DNA of 58,261 nt from a virus (taxonomy: Duplodnaviria > Caudoviricetes): positions 1-58,261 of IMG/VR virus record IMGVR_UViG_3300032240_000532; one strand, written 5' to 3'. This document shows, in pieces, positions 8,269 to 18,272 of the stretch (the stretch's first letter is position 1; every line of letters begins with the position of its first letter). Below the pieces are notes generated by a model. That model was not told the origin of the DNA. It was given only the letters and a program-made list of their open reading frames with translations, and did no database searches. The translations under genes and the position numbers were made by a program.

Positions 8269-11200
8269 ATGTCAACATACTCATCAAACCTCTATGTCGA
8301 ACTGATTGGTACTGGTGAACAAACTGGTACTTGGGGTTCGACTACCAACAACAACTTCCAATATGTGTTTGAGGAAGCAATTGTTGGTCGTGCAACCGTT
8401 GCCTTCAGTGATGCTGATGTCACCCTGACTCCCGTCTCCGCATCCACCAACCAGACGTTCCGTAACGTCTATTTGAACTGCACGGGAACAAACACTGCCA
8501 GCCGCAACCTGATTGTTCCAAACATCAACAAGAATTACATTGTTGAGAACAACACCACAGGCGGCTTCAACATTGTTGTGAAGACCTCCGCTGGCACAGG
8601 CATCACCGTGCCTAACGGGTTTAAATGCGCTGTGTATGTGGATGGCACAAACGTTGTTACCGCTTTCAACTATCTTGGCAGTGCACTGACTCTTTCTTCT
8701 CTGACTGTTACTGGCAATGAAACAGTCAACGGAACCGTTACTTGGACTGGCGGCACAGCCAACGGTGTGGTATATCTGAATGGTTCTAAAGTTGCTACAA
8801 GCGGTTCTGCGCTTACTTTTGATGGAACTAACTTTTCTATTGGTGGAACTTCAGACCCATTTGGGCGGTTTTACACTCGTTCTGTTGGAATTACATCAAG
8901 CGGTTCAAGTGTTCTTGAAATTAGCGGTACGAGTTATGGCGCTATTGATATGGGTACAGGCGCTACAAGATATTTTTCTCTTTTGGGAAATAGCACTGAT
9001 GCAATCATTGGAACATTAAATGGAGCAATTCCGCTTGAGTTTCAGATTAACGGCTCAGAACAAATGCGCCTAACCAGCACAGGTCTGGGTATTGGTACAA
9101 GTAGTCCTAGTTATAAGTTGGATGTTCAAAATACTGCCGCAACTACTTGGGCGCGAATTGGTTACTCAACAATTAATAGCGGTGCTGGTGTTATTTTTAA
9201 TGGAGCATCAACACAAAAAAACTGGGTAATTGCAAACCAATATAACGTAAATGGTGGCCTTGAATTTACCCAAACAACTGCTGGTGGCGGGTCTGCTATT
9301 GGGTCTACGCCATCAATGGTTCTCGACTCCTCAGGCAATCTAGGTATTGGTACAAGTAGTCCTTTATCAAAGGTTGATGTTCGTGCCGCAAATGCCACTA
9401 TGGGCAACTACCAAACCATACAAGCATTTAGCACAGACACAGCAACCATTGATTATGGTGGTGGTATTAGCCTTGGTGGTTATTACAGCGGCACAAGTTC
9501 TATTGCTCAGTTTGCATCTATTTCAGGGCGCAAAGAAAACGGAACAGCGGGTAACTATGCGGGTTATTTGCAATTTGGTACAAACAGCCAAGCAACTGGT
9601 GTGCGAGAGGTCATGCGCCTTGATAGCGCAGGTAATTTAGGCGTTGGAACCACAAGCCCAACTTCTTATGTTGGCAAAGTTGTTATCAATGGTCATCAAA
9701 GCATTATTGGCGGCAACTCTTTATTTTTGTGGGATTCTGGAAACGCTAATGCGCCAAGCATTTACGCACCAAGCGATTCAATAGCATTTAAAAACAATGC
9801 TGGCTCAGAACTAATGCGTATCAACAGCACAGGTCTGGGTATTGGTACAAGTAGTCCTTCACGAAAATTAAGTGTTGAAACAACAAACACATCAAGCCAA
9901 GAAATTACAAACATATTTGCAAATTCTCTTTCAAACAGCAATTATGTTGATGTGCTAATTGGTAAATCTGCTTCAACTGATAGAACTGGAATTATTCGCT
10001 TCCAAAACGGCACAGGCGCAGGCGACTCTAGTTTGCAACTTGGTTTATATGGTCAATCGCCACTTGCTTTAAATATTTCATACTCAGGCAATCTAGGCTT
10101 GGGAGTTACTCCTAGTGCTTGGGGTGGAAACTACAAAGCATTTGAAGGCTCTGCTTATGGTGGCGGACAACTTTGTTTTGGCAACGGTTCACCAATTATT
10201 TTTTCCAACGCTTATAACAATGGAACTAACTGGATATACAAATCAACTCAGTTAGCAAGTTACTATCAGCAGTTCCAAGGACAACATATTTGGTACAACG
10301 CCCCATCAGGCACAGCAGGAAACGCCATTACCTTTACTCAGGCAATGACTCTGGATGCTAGTGGGAATTTGCTGGTGGGTACTACATCCAGTTTAAGTTC
10401 TGCGGCTAATAGAACTGATTTAAGTGTCAATGGAACTAACACGGCTATCGTCAGCCTTGGTGTCGGCGGAACTCGTCAAGGATATTTATATACGCCCGGA
10501 TCGGGAGTTATTCTTGCGGCAGATGGCGCAAATGCAATTGCTTTTTGGACTAACGCAACAGAGCGTGCTCGTATAAGTTCAAACGGTAACTTTTCAATTG
10601 GTACTACTTCTTCAGCATACCCATTAACGATTTACCAAAATGGCTCAGTCAACAACCAGTATCTTGCATTATTAGATGGACAAAGTGGCGGTCACACATG
10701 GGTGTTGTCAAACAATGCCGCAAACGTAGTGGGTTCATTTGGTCTGTACGATTCAACCGCCAGTGGTTATAGATTTTTTATAGATGGTAATGGTTATGCA
10801 GGTATTGGCACGACTAGTCCATCATCTCTTTTGTATTTAAATGGTGGAACAGATGACCAAATTCTTCGTATTGGCAATACAAACGCAACTGGCAGTCAAT
10901 ATTTATCTATTTACGCAAATGGTGCTCAAGCGTATTACAACAGCGTAAACACTCAAAACTCTGTATATGGAAACCACATTTGGAACTCTCAAAATAACGG
11001 TGGAACAGTAGAGCGCGCCCGTATTGATTCAAGCGGTAATTTTCTTGTTGGAACCACAAGTGCTGGCACTAAAGTATCTGGTAGTTTAATTCAAGTTGGA
11101 CCTGCAGGTGGAGGCGGTCAAATCAATATTAGTGGTGGTTATACAGCGGATTCCGCATTAAATATTCGTGATCTTGGAAATAATCTTATATCATTTTTTT

Positions 11201-11577
11201 ATGGCCCAACAAAAGTCGGCTCTGTTACTACCAACGGAACAATAACTGTTTACAACACAACTTCAGACTATCGCTTAAAAAATGTCACAGGCAACTTGAC
11301 AGGGTACAAAGAGCGCTTGATGTCTTTGCAACCAAAGCAAGGTACTTGGATTGCTGATGGTTCTGAATTCCGTGGTTTCTTGGCGCATGAGTTTGCAGAT
11401 TCTTATAGTGCTTCTGTTACAGGAAAAAAAGACGCTGTAGATAAAGACGGCAAACCAGTCATGCAAGCAATGCAAGCATCAAGTTCAGAAGTTATGGCAG
11501 ACTTGGTGGCAATGATAAATGAATTGATAAATGAAAATCAATCACTCAAGGCACGTTTGGATGCCGCAAATCTTTAA
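8269..11577 (+). CDS. Tail fibre protein with C-terminal peptidase S74 intramolecular chaperone domain
   Basis: N-terminal GEQTGTWGSTTNNN anchor; repeated R(I/L)xSxGNxG(I/V)GTxSP junctions; TSDYRLK...GFLAHE autocleavage motif with terminal coiled coil. Confidence 0.88.
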   Translation: MSTYSSNLYVELIGTGEQTGTWGSTTNNNFQYVFEEAIVGRATVAFSDADVTLTPVSASTNQTFRNVYLNCTGTNTASRNLIVPNINKNYIVENNTTGGFNIVVKTSAGTGITVPNGFKCAVYVDGTNVVTAFNYLGSALTLSSLTVTGNETVNGTVTWTGGTANGVVYLNGSKVATSGSALTFDGTNFSIGGTSDPFGRFYTRSVGITSSGSSVLEISGTSYGAIDMGTGATRYFSLLGNSTDAIIGTLNGAIPLEFQINGSEQMRLTSTGLGIGTSSPSYKLDVQNTAATTWARIGYSTINSGAGVIFNGASTQKNWVIANQYNVNGGLEFTQTTAGGGSAIGSTPSMVLDSSGNLGIGTSSPLSKVDVRAANATMGNYQTIQAFSTDTATIDYGGGISLGGYYSGTSSIAQFASISGRKENGTAGNYAGYLQFGTNSQATGVREVMRLDSAGNLGVGTTSPTSYVGKVVINGHQSIIGGNSLFLWDSGNANAPSIYAPSDSIAFKNNAGSELMRINSTGLGIGTSSPSRKLSVETTNTSSQEITNIFANSLSNSNYVDVLIGKSASTDRTGIIRFQNGTGAGDSSLQLGLYGQSPLALNISYSGNLGLGVTPSAWGGNYKAFEGSAYGGGQLCFGNGSPIIFSNAYNNGTNWIYKSTQLASYYQQFQGQHIWYNAPSGTAGNAITFTQAMTLDASGNLLVGTTSSLSSAANRTDLSVNGTNTAIVSLGVGGTRQGYLYTPGSGVILAADGANAIAFWTNATERARISSNGNFSIGTTSSAYPLTIYQNGSVNNQYLALLDGQSGGHTWVLSNNAANVVGSFGLYDSTASGYRFFIDGNGYAGIGTTSPSSLLYLNGGTDDQILRIGNTNATGSQYLSIYANGAQAYYNSVNTQNSVYGNHIWNSQNNGGTVERARIDSSGNFLVGTTSAGTKVSGSLIQVGPAGGGGQINISGGYTADSALNIRDLGNNLISFFYGPTKVGSVTTNGTITVYNTTSDYRLKNVTGNLTGYKERLMSLQPKQGTWIADGSEFRGFLAHEFADSYSASVTGKKDAVDKDGKPVMQAMQASSSEVMADLVAMINELINENQSLKARLDAANL
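9075..9858 (+). repeat. 34-bp direct repeat at 9075-9108 and 9825-9858 within tail fibre gene
   Basis: cagcacaggtctgggtattggtacaagtagtcct occurs twice, with a partial third copy at ~9343-9363. Confidence 0.85.
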
Positions 11578-11595
11578 TCACTGAAAGGAAAAATC

Positions 11596-11937
11596 ATGTC
11601 AGCAACTATTACTTGGGTCATCGAATATATGCAGTGCAAACCCACTGAGGGTTCATACACTGATGTTGTAGTCACCGCAGGTTGGCGCTGTAATGGCGCT
11701 GAAACAGCAAATGCTGTGGACTACGCCGCAACCAACTACGGCACTTGCACATTCCCAATGCCTGAAGGCTCATTCACCCCTTACGACCAACTTACACAGC
11801 AACAAGTTTTGGGCTGGTGCTGGGCAAACGGTGTTGACCAGACTGCTACCGAGGCGGCTATTCAAGCATCAATTGATGCACAAATTAATCCACCAATTGT
11901 CACGCCACCTTTGCCTTGGGCGCAACCTTCGGCATAA
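11596..11937 (+). CDS. Putative tail fibre assembly/chaperone protein
   Basis: Follows the fibre gene; ...FTPYDQLTQQQVLGW...PPLPW. Confidence 0.6.
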   Translation: MSATITWVIEYMQCKPTEGSYTDVVVTAGWRCNGAETANAVDYAATNYGTCTFPMPEGSFTPYDQLTQQQVLGWCWANGVDQTATEAAIQASIDAQINPPIVTPPLPWAQPSA

Positions 11938-11988
11938 TGTTATGGGGTCAAAACGGCTTCCCCATCTAAGCCGTACATGGAGTTAAAA

Positions 11989-12153
11989 ATGGAAAAAATT
12001 TCATTGTCTTTGAACTTGGTTAACGCTGTTATGCAATACCTTGGAACCAAACCTTTCCAAGAAGTATTTCAGTTGGTTCAAGCGATTCAACAAGAATCGC
12101 AAGGCCAAATTAGTAACGGCGTTGAGCAAGCCGAAGCAAAACCTGCTGAGTAA
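11989..12153 (+). CDS. Small hypothetical protein (54 aa, not in ORF track)
   Basis: ggag RBS; MEKISLSLNLVNAVMQYLGTKPFQEVFQLVQAIQQE... Confidence 0.65.
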   Translation: MEKISLSLNLVNAVMQYLGTKPFQEVFQLVQAIQQESQGQISNGVEQAEAKPAE

Positions 12154-12218
12154 AACGAGACTCTTCGGGGGCTACGTGCCCCTGAAGACTTTCATGAAAG
12201 GCAATAGGATGCCAAATA

Positions 12219-12923
12219 ATGGTCACAAAAAAGAAGACGGGAGAAGTTGCGCCAGCACCTCGTAGAGTTCGAGCGCCAAAGGCTTCTGCGCCTCCAGTTG
12301 AGACTTCAAAGGTCGAAGTCTCAAAGAACACCGACATGGTCGGTCGTATCACTGACCTCATCAAATGGGTAGATAACCCGTTTAAACTCTTTACCGTTAT
12401 CCTGCTTTCTTTCCTTGCCTTTGCAGGATATTTTGCTTGGGATTCTCGTGTCGTCATTCTGAGCGCAATCACAAATTCAAAACACGAATCTGAACTCAAG
12501 GAAGTCAAAGTCCTTGAACACATTGCCCAAAGGCTCCAAAAAGACTTGGAGTCAGAAACTGTGCTGGTTCACAAAGTAGCCTTGACCGTTAACGGCAGGA
12601 CTACGCTACTTGCGTTTGGCCCCAAAGGACGTGAGACTGCCCTTGATGGCTATAACTCCACCCTATTTGGTAAAGACCCAGCCCGTAATGCCGCAGTGAT
12701 TGCAATGATGAATGGCGAGGTCTACTGCGATAAATTGGTCGCCACAGGTAAAACATCTGATTGGGAAGAAAAACAAGGCGTAAATTTTATTTGCCGTGGT
12801 TCTATTCCTCCCGAAATGGGCGCTTTTGAAGGGTATGTCTCGGTGGGATTTACCAAAGAGCCTCAAGACCTTGGCGCTGTAAAGACCCGAATAAATTTGG
12901 CATCAACAGAGATGGCGAAATGA
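12219..12923 (+). CDS. Single-pass membrane protein, possible T4 T-like holin (soluble GAF-like domain)
   Basis: One TM helix (FKLFTVILLSFLAFAGYFAW) followed by an alpha/beta domain with two Cys; located in the lysis region. Confidence 0.4.
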   Translation: MVTKKKTGEVAPAPRRVRAPKASAPPVETSKVEVSKNTDMVGRITDLIKWVDNPFKLFTVILLSFLAFAGYFAWDSRVVILSAITNSKHESELKEVKVLEHIAQRLQKDLESETVLVHKVALTVNGRTTLLAFGPKGRETALDGYNSTLFGKDPARNAAVIAMMNGEVYCDKLVATGKTSDWEEKQGVNFICRGSIPPEMGAFEGYVSVGFTKEPQDLGAVKTRINLASTEMAK

Positions 12924-12926
12924 TTG

Positions 12927-13214
12927 ATGCGCTGGTTTATTTTGTTACTGCTGTTGACGTTCTTTGGAGCAACGGCATTGAACGGATGCAGTACGGCAGA
13001 GTTTTATGCAATTGCTTTTTCAACGCACAACCCAACGGAGCGACATGAAAAGTTGGCTGGTTGGCTCCGAACAACCGGAGCAAGGTGTAGCGAAGAACAA
13101 TTGATTGTGATTTGGAATAACTTGCCCCACTGGGCAGGAACTTCTGATAGTGTTGAGTTGAGACAGGAAATCATTGCCTTGTATGAAAAGTTGGCGGCAA
13201 GGGGGAAAAAATGA
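12927..13214 (+). CDS. Exported or lipoprotein-like small protein
   Basis: Signal-like MRWFILLLLLTFFGATALNGC; two Cys. Confidence 0.55.
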   Translation: MRWFILLLLLTFFGATALNGCSTAEFYAIAFSTHNPTERHEKLAGWLRTTGARCSEEQLIVIWNNLPHWAGTSDSVELRQEIIALYEKLAARGKK

Positions 13215-13447
13215 TTACGTTGGGAAAGTGGTATCCAATGGTCGAGCCAAAGCATTCCATTCAAACGGAGGCTTTTGCAAAAATGGTTGAGCGCCGCATG
13301 GAGTCCTATAAGTTGGACGTTGCGGCACAAAAGGTCAGGGACGCTACGGCAGAACTTGATTTGGAGTTGTATACGAAGCGGTGCAGAGTGAACACCATCG
13401 AACTTGAGATGTTCTCTAACCGCAGACGTTTTGAAATTTTTGTGTAA
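13211..13447 (+). CDS. Hypothetical protein
   Basis: ATGA-coupled 78-aa ORF. Confidence 0.55.
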   Translation: MITLGKWYPMVEPKHSIQTEAFAKMVERRMESYKLDVAAQKVRDATAELDLELYTKRCRVNTIELEMFSNRRRFEIFV

Positions 13448-13456
13448 GGACACGCC

Positions 13457-13957
13457 ATGAGTTGGTTAGAACAAGTAGCACCCACAATTGCAACAGCCCT
13501 TGGCGGTCCATTGGCTGGCCTTGCCGTCGAAGCCGCATCAAAGGCGCTTGGTGTAAACCCTGATGATGCCAAGAAGATGTTGGATGAGGGAAAGATGTCT
13601 GCCGAACAGATTGCCCAAGTCAAAGTTGCTGAACTTGAACTTCAAAAGCAAGCCCAGTCATTGGGTTTGAATTTTGAGGAATTGGCAGTTGCTGACCGCA
13701 AATCAGCACGAGATATGCAAGTAGCAACCAAATCTCGTCTTGTGCCTTTCTTGGCAATCATTATTGTGCTATCTTTCATCAGTGTGGTAGTGGGAACCTT
13801 GGCGGGTTTTTCCAAAATTGAATCTGCGATGGCGGGTACTTTAATTGGGTATTTGTCAGCCAAAGCGGAACAGGTGATTTCGTTTTATTTTGGGTCTTCT
13901 GCTGGTAGCCAAGCAAAAGACCACATGCTTTACAACTCAACGCCAAATAAACAATGA
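13457..13957 (+). CDS. Putative holin (3TM/GTA-holin-like)
   Basis: APTIATALGGPLAG, DRKSARDMQ, two C-terminal TM helices and FYFGSS; adjacent to the endolysin. Confidence 0.7.
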   Translation: MSWLEQVAPTIATALGGPLAGLAVEAASKALGVNPDDAKKMLDEGKMSAEQIAQVKVAELELQKQAQSLGLNFEELAVADRKSARDMQVATKSRLVPFLAIIIVLSFISVVVGTLAGFSKIESAMAGTLIGYLSAKAEQVISFYFGSSAGSQAKDHMLYNSTPNKQ

Positions 13958-14382
13958 ACCTCTCAGAACACTTTACCCTCGAAGAACTGACTCACACCGA
14001 CCATCGGGAGTTCGACAACACTCCTAATGACGCTGAGTTGGCAAACCTCAATCGTCTGGCTTCGTTTTTGGAAGAGGTCAAAACAGCACTTGGCGGCAAG
14101 CCAGTGATGATTAACTCGGCTTTCCGAAGCAAACAGGTCAACGATGCCGTTGGCTCCAAGGACACATCTCAGCATCGAATTGGATGCGCCGCCGATTTGC
14201 GTATTCCGGGCATGACACCGGACGAAGTCGTTCAGACAATCAAAGCCTCTGGTATTGGATATGACCAGTTGATTCGAGAATTTGACCGTTGGACACACAT
14301 ATCAATTCCCAATACAGTTGACGAGAAACCTCGCCAGCAAGTCTTGATTATTGATAAGGCTGGCACACGCCTCTACTTATAA
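13954..14382 (+). CDS. Endolysin, peptidase M15 family
   Basis: INSAFRS...SQHRIGCAAD...WTHIS, matching the H-x6-D...H zinc-ligand pattern. Confidence 0.88.
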   Translation: MNLSEHFTLEELTHTDHREFDNTPNDAELANLNRLASFLEEVKTALGGKPVMINSAFRSKQVNDAVGSKDTSQHRIGCAADLRIPGMTPDEVVQTIKASGIGYDQLIREFDRWTHISIPNTVDEKPRQQVLIIDKAGTRLYL

Positions 14383-14390
14383 GGTTATGT

Positions 14391-16517
14391 ATGCCGCTAA
14401 AAAAAATAGTCTTTAAACCCGGTGTAAACAGAGAAAACACTCGATACACAACCGAAGGTGGCTGGTATGAGGGCGATAAAATTCGCTTTCGTCAAGGCAC
14501 ACCTGAGAAGATTGGCGGATGGGTTCAAATCTCTGCGGCAACTTTTCTTGGCGTTTGCCGTGCGCTGTGGAACTGGATTACTCTTTCCAGTTTAAACGTC
14601 CTAGCAGTAGGAACAAACCTCAAATACTACATTGAAAGCGGTGGTGCTTATTACGACATCACCCCATATCGGTATTCAACACGTACTGATATTCTGACTA
14701 ATCCGTTTACAACAACAGCATCTTCGTACACGGTGACCGTTACCGATGCCTCATCCAACGTTCAAACGGGCGATGTGGTCAACATCAGCAACGTGACTGT
14801 TGCGGTCAATGGCATTCCTGCCGCCAATTTAAACGGTCAATTTACCGTTACCCGTGTAAACAGCACACAGTACACCATTACCACGACCGTTGCGGCATCC
14901 TCTCCGGGGACTGGTGGCGGCAGTGTAACCATCCAGTATTTCTACTATACCGTTGCCTTAACCAATCCTTACACAACCACAAATCTTTCAAAGGTTGTCA
15001 GGGTTCATGCGCCAAGCCACGGGGCGGTAAACAATGACTTTGTAACACTCACTCCTACCGTGACTTTCAATGGCGTGACGGTTTTTGGTGAGTATCAAAT
15101 TACATACGTTGATGCAAACTATTACGACATCACAGTATCCACAGCCGCAACATCAAGCGGAACATACTCTGGAACTACGTACGCCAAGTATGAAATCAAT
15201 ACTGGACCTGAAGTACAAGTTCCATTGACTGGCTGGGGTTCTGGCGCTTGGAGTTCTGGTTCGTGGGGATTTAGCGCATCAACCACCGTTCAGATTCGCC
15301 TTTGGTCTCAAGCCAACTTTGGCGAAAATTTGGTTTTTGCCCCGCTTGGTGGACCCATATATTATTGGACTGCGGCAAACGGAGTTTTGAGTCATGGCGT
15401 AGATGTTTCAACCATTTATGGCGCTTCAGATGTGCCAACAGTTCAAAACTGGGTGGCGGTATCAGATGTGTCTCGTTTTGTTTTTGCATTTGGTTGCAAT
15501 GACTACGGCTCTGCCGTGCAAGACCCCATGCTGATTCGTTGGTCTGACCAAGAATCTATTACCAACTGGACACCTGATGCTGTTAATCAAGCGGGTAGCG
15601 TTCGTCTTTCGCATGGCTCCGGCATCATGACCGCCATGCAGGTTCGTCAGGAAATCTTGGTGTGGACTGACTCGACCTTGTATTCCTTGCAATACCTTGG
15701 ACCACCTGCAATTTGGGGTTCTCAATTGGTGGGCGACAACATCTCCCTTATCAGCCCCAATGCCACAGCCTTGGCTTCGGGCGTTGTGTACTGGATGGGT
15801 CGAGACAAGTTCTACATGTATGACGGTAGCGTGGGCACATTGTCTTGCGACTTGCGTCAGTTTGTGTTTGGCAATATCAACTTGGATGAGAACTACCAAG
15901 CCTTTGCCAGCACCAATGAAGGTTTCAATGAAGTATGGTTCTATTACTGCTCTGCGGGTAGCACGAAGATTGACACCTATGTCGTCTACAACTATTTGGA
16001 AAAGATTTGGTACTACGGCTATCTTGGTCGCACTGCATGGTTAGATTCCGGCCTACGTGCTTACCCGATGGCGGCAACCTATGCCAAGAACGTTGTGTTC
16101 CATGAAAATGGTACAGATGATGGCACATTGAATCCTCCATCCGCTATTGATTCATACATTCAGTCTTCTGAGTTTGACATTGATGACGGTCACAACTTTG
16201 GCTTCATCTACCGCATCTTGCCTGACCTGACCTTCCGCAACTCAACAAGCGACAACCCAAGTGCGGTTATGACATTGATTCCATTGCAGAACTCAGGCTC
16301 TGGTTACACCAACCCAGCCTCGGTTGGCGGTATTGACTACGGCACTGTAAACCGCATCACACAGGTTCCGGTAGAGGAGTTCACTGGTACTCTGTACATC
16401 CGTGTGCGTGGTCGTCAATTGGTGTTCAAGATTGAGAACAACAACCTTGGAGACCAGTGGCAGTTGGGTGCACCCCGTATTGACATCCGTCCCGATGGTC
16501 GTCGAGGAAACTCATGA
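14391..16517 (+). CDS. Tail tube/nozzle (P22 gp10 / T7 gp12-like stabilisation) protein with T-rich beta insertions
   Basis: 708 aa; GWY..DKIRFRQG.PEKIGGW, LIRWSDQE, EVWFYY, WYYG.L.RTAW.D, C-terminal PDGRR. Confidence 0.7.
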   Translation: MPLKKIVFKPGVNRENTRYTTEGGWYEGDKIRFRQGTPEKIGGWVQISAATFLGVCRALWNWITLSSLNVLAVGTNLKYYIESGGAYYDITPYRYSTRTDILTNPFTTTASSYTVTVTDASSNVQTGDVVNISNVTVAVNGIPAANLNGQFTVTRVNSTQYTITTTVAASSPGTGGGSVTIQYFYYTVALTNPYTTTNLSKVVRVHAPSHGAVNNDFVTLTPTVTFNGVTVFGEYQITYVDANYYDITVSTAATSSGTYSGTTYAKYEINTGPEVQVPLTGWGSGAWSSGSWGFSASTTVQIRLWSQANFGENLVFAPLGGPIYYWTAANGVLSHGVDVSTIYGASDVPTVQNWVAVSDVSRFVFAFGCNDYGSAVQDPMLIRWSDQESITNWTPDAVNQAGSVRLSHGSGIMTAMQVRQEILVWTDSTLYSLQYLGPPAIWGSQLVGDNISLISPNATALASGVVYWMGRDKFYMYDGSVGTLSCDLRQFVFGNINLDENYQAFASTNEGFNEVWFYYCSAGSTKIDTYVVYNYLEKIWYYGYLGRTAWLDSGLRAYPMAATYAKNVVFHENGTDDGTLNPPSAIDSYIQSSEFDIDDGHNFGFIYRILPDLTFRNSTSDNPSAVMTLIPLQNSGSGYTNPASVGGIDYGTVNRITQVPVEEFTGTLYIRVRGRQLVFKIENNNLGDQWQLGAPRIDIRPDGRRGNS

Positions 16518-16831
16518 AAATACAGTCGCCCTCAGTACCAAACCTTCCGTTACCCAAGGATGAGTACAGCAAACTCTATTTGGCGCAACTGACGAACGTA
16601 CTGCGTTTGTATTTCAATCAACTGAATGATGCGGTGACTCAAATCACCAATCAGGCCCCATCCAACACCGTTTACACGGTAAGTACTTTGCCAGATGCGA
16701 CTGCATCCGGTGTTGGTGCTCGTGCCTTTGTGACAGACTCCTCCGTCTCAACCTTTGGGACAACTGTTGCGTCAGGCGGTTCGAGCAAAGTGCCAGTCTA
16801 TTCTGACGGAGTAGACTGGAAGATAGGTTAA
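16514..16831 (+). CDS. Small tail-associated protein
   Basis: PNLPLPKDEY...LRLYFNQL...PVYSDGVDWKIG; coupled to the upstream gene. Confidence 0.6.
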   Translation: MKIQSPSVPNLPLPKDEYSKLYLAQLTNVLRLYFNQLNDAVTQITNQAPSNTVYTVSTLPDATASGVGARAFVTDSSVSTFGTTVASGGSSKVPVYSDGVDWKIG

Positions 16832-16863
16832 TTGTGAATCCAACACAAACACAAGGAGAAAAA

Positions 16864-17157
16864 ATGGACGACAAAGACTTTCTTGAACTGTTTAAACGGG
16901 TTGCTAAGATTGTGCGCCCAGCACACCAAGGCGACTTCAACGTTCGGGACATGGATGAAGACCTAAAAGAAACTGGTCTGGACAGTCTTGATGCTTTGAT
17001 GGCTGGCATTTATTTGTCTGAAGTCTATGGGATTGACGAAGAGACTTGCAAGGAATGGCATCCCAAGACCCCACGTGAGTACAAAGACTTCCTTGAACAA
17101 CACAAAACCATCACCCCAGCCTCGGTGGACGAGGCGATTGCGAGTGTGCAATGGTGA
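16864..17157 (+). CDS. Acyl carrier protein (ACP)
   Basis: 97 aa, acidic; LKETGLDSLD phosphopantetheine motif (Ser codon 16984-16986) followed by ...LSEVYGID; ggag RBS. Confidence 0.85.
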   Translation: MDDKDFLELFKRVAKIVRPAHQGDFNVRDMDEDLKETGLDSLDALMAGIYLSEVYGIDEETCKEWHPKTPREYKDFLEQHKTITPASVDEAIASVQW

Positions 17158-18272
17158 TATACCTCACAGAGTCCAGAACCGCCTCTACGGAGGATTTGAC
17201 GTTCATGGACGACCTACCCTACCCCCAACAGGTTCATTGGTTCCCAGAGACCTATGCTCGCAAGAACAGCGGCATGTTCTATGCTCCCCATAAACTGGCT
17301 GAGAAAGTCCTAGACCCAGTACTTTTGCAGACACTTAGGGAAAACCCTTGTCGTACTGCATTCATCCTTGCGGCGGGTAACAGCCACTTTGCTGGCATCA
17401 ATCCCAAAGACTTCGGCAATACGCAACTTACGTACACTTACAAGTTCCTCCCGCTGACTTTGACTCAGGTCTATGCTGGACGAATAGCCAGTTCTTGCGG
17501 TGCTTCTGACCACGTATCCAGCGATTCATCGGCATGCGCCTCCAGCCTCAAGGTGATGATGGATGTGCGTCACTTAATTCAGTTGTACGGATTTGAGCGA
17601 GTCATTGTCCTTGGAGTCGAAGATGCGGTCACCAACTCGGTGACCACTTTTTTTGGCGAATCAGGAGCAGTCCTGACCAGCAGTTTAGATTCCGAGGGCA
17701 TCTTGCCTTCAGCCTTTGACGACAAGCATTATGGTTTCCACATAGGTCAAGGCGCAGTCTTTGCCGTCTTTGAAACAGAAGCCAGCATGAAGAAGACAGG
17801 GTTTAAACCTAAAGCCCAACTTCTGGGAGCCTACACAGCCGCCGAAGAATGCACAAACGCCATAGGCCAGAGAGAAGATGGACAAGGATTTAAACGAGCG
17901 ATTGAAGGTGCGATGTATGTATCTCAAGTCCAGCCCCATCAGATTCGAACTGTAAAGGCTCATGGAACAGGGACAAAGTCCAACAACCTCTCTGAAAAAG
18001 CCGCTTTGACTAGCGTTTTGAAAGATTTTGTGGCAACATCGTTTAAACAGAGAATCGGTCACACAATGGGTGCAAGCGGATTGCTTGAAACCCTATTATT
18101 GTTGGATAATATAAAAAACGGTTTCGTGCCTGAAATTCTGAACCGTACAGACGAAGATAAAGTATTTTTGAGCAAACCCGCTCCCGCAGAGCGAGGGGGT
18201 TTGGTTTTAAGTCTTGCGGCTGGAATGGGCAATGTCTACTCGGCGGCAATTTTTAAGGATGCGCAATGCTAG
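17151..18272 (+). CDS. Beta-ketoacyl-ACP synthase (FabF/FabB-type ketosynthase)
   Basis: SACASS (Cys 17535), AHGTGT (His 17961), FKQRIGHTMGASG (His 18060), PSAFD...GFHIGQGA and LAAGMGN; the Cys-His-His triad is intact. Confidence 0.92.
   Translation: MVIYLTESRTASTEDLTFMDDLPYPQQVHWFPETYARKNSGMFYAPHKLAEKVLDPVLLQTLRENPCRTAFILAAGNSHFAGINPKDFGNTQLTYTYKFLPLTLTQVYAGRIASSCGASDHVSSDSSACASSLKVMMDVRHLIQLYGFERVIVLGVEDAVTNSVTTFFGESGAVLTSSLDSEGILPSAFDDKHYGFHIGQGAVFAVFETEASMKKTGFKPKAQLLGAYTAAEECTNAIGQREDGQGFKRAIEGAMYVSQVQPHQIRTVKAHGTGTKSNNLSEKAALTSVLKDFVATSFKQRIGHTMGASGLLETLLLLDNIKNGFVPEILNRTDEDKVFLSKPAPAERGGLVLSLAAGMGNVYSAAIFKDAQC

Noticed and set aside
8269-11577. Diversity-generating retroelement or invertase system acting on the tail fibre
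   Set aside because: No reverse transcriptase or site-specific recombinase ORF was recognised, and the repeats are short direct junction repeats, not adenine-variable TR/VR pairs.
12041-12265. ORF-track 74-aa ORF
   Set aside because: It overlaps a better-supported 54-aa ORF (11989-12153) that has an RBS and ATG start.
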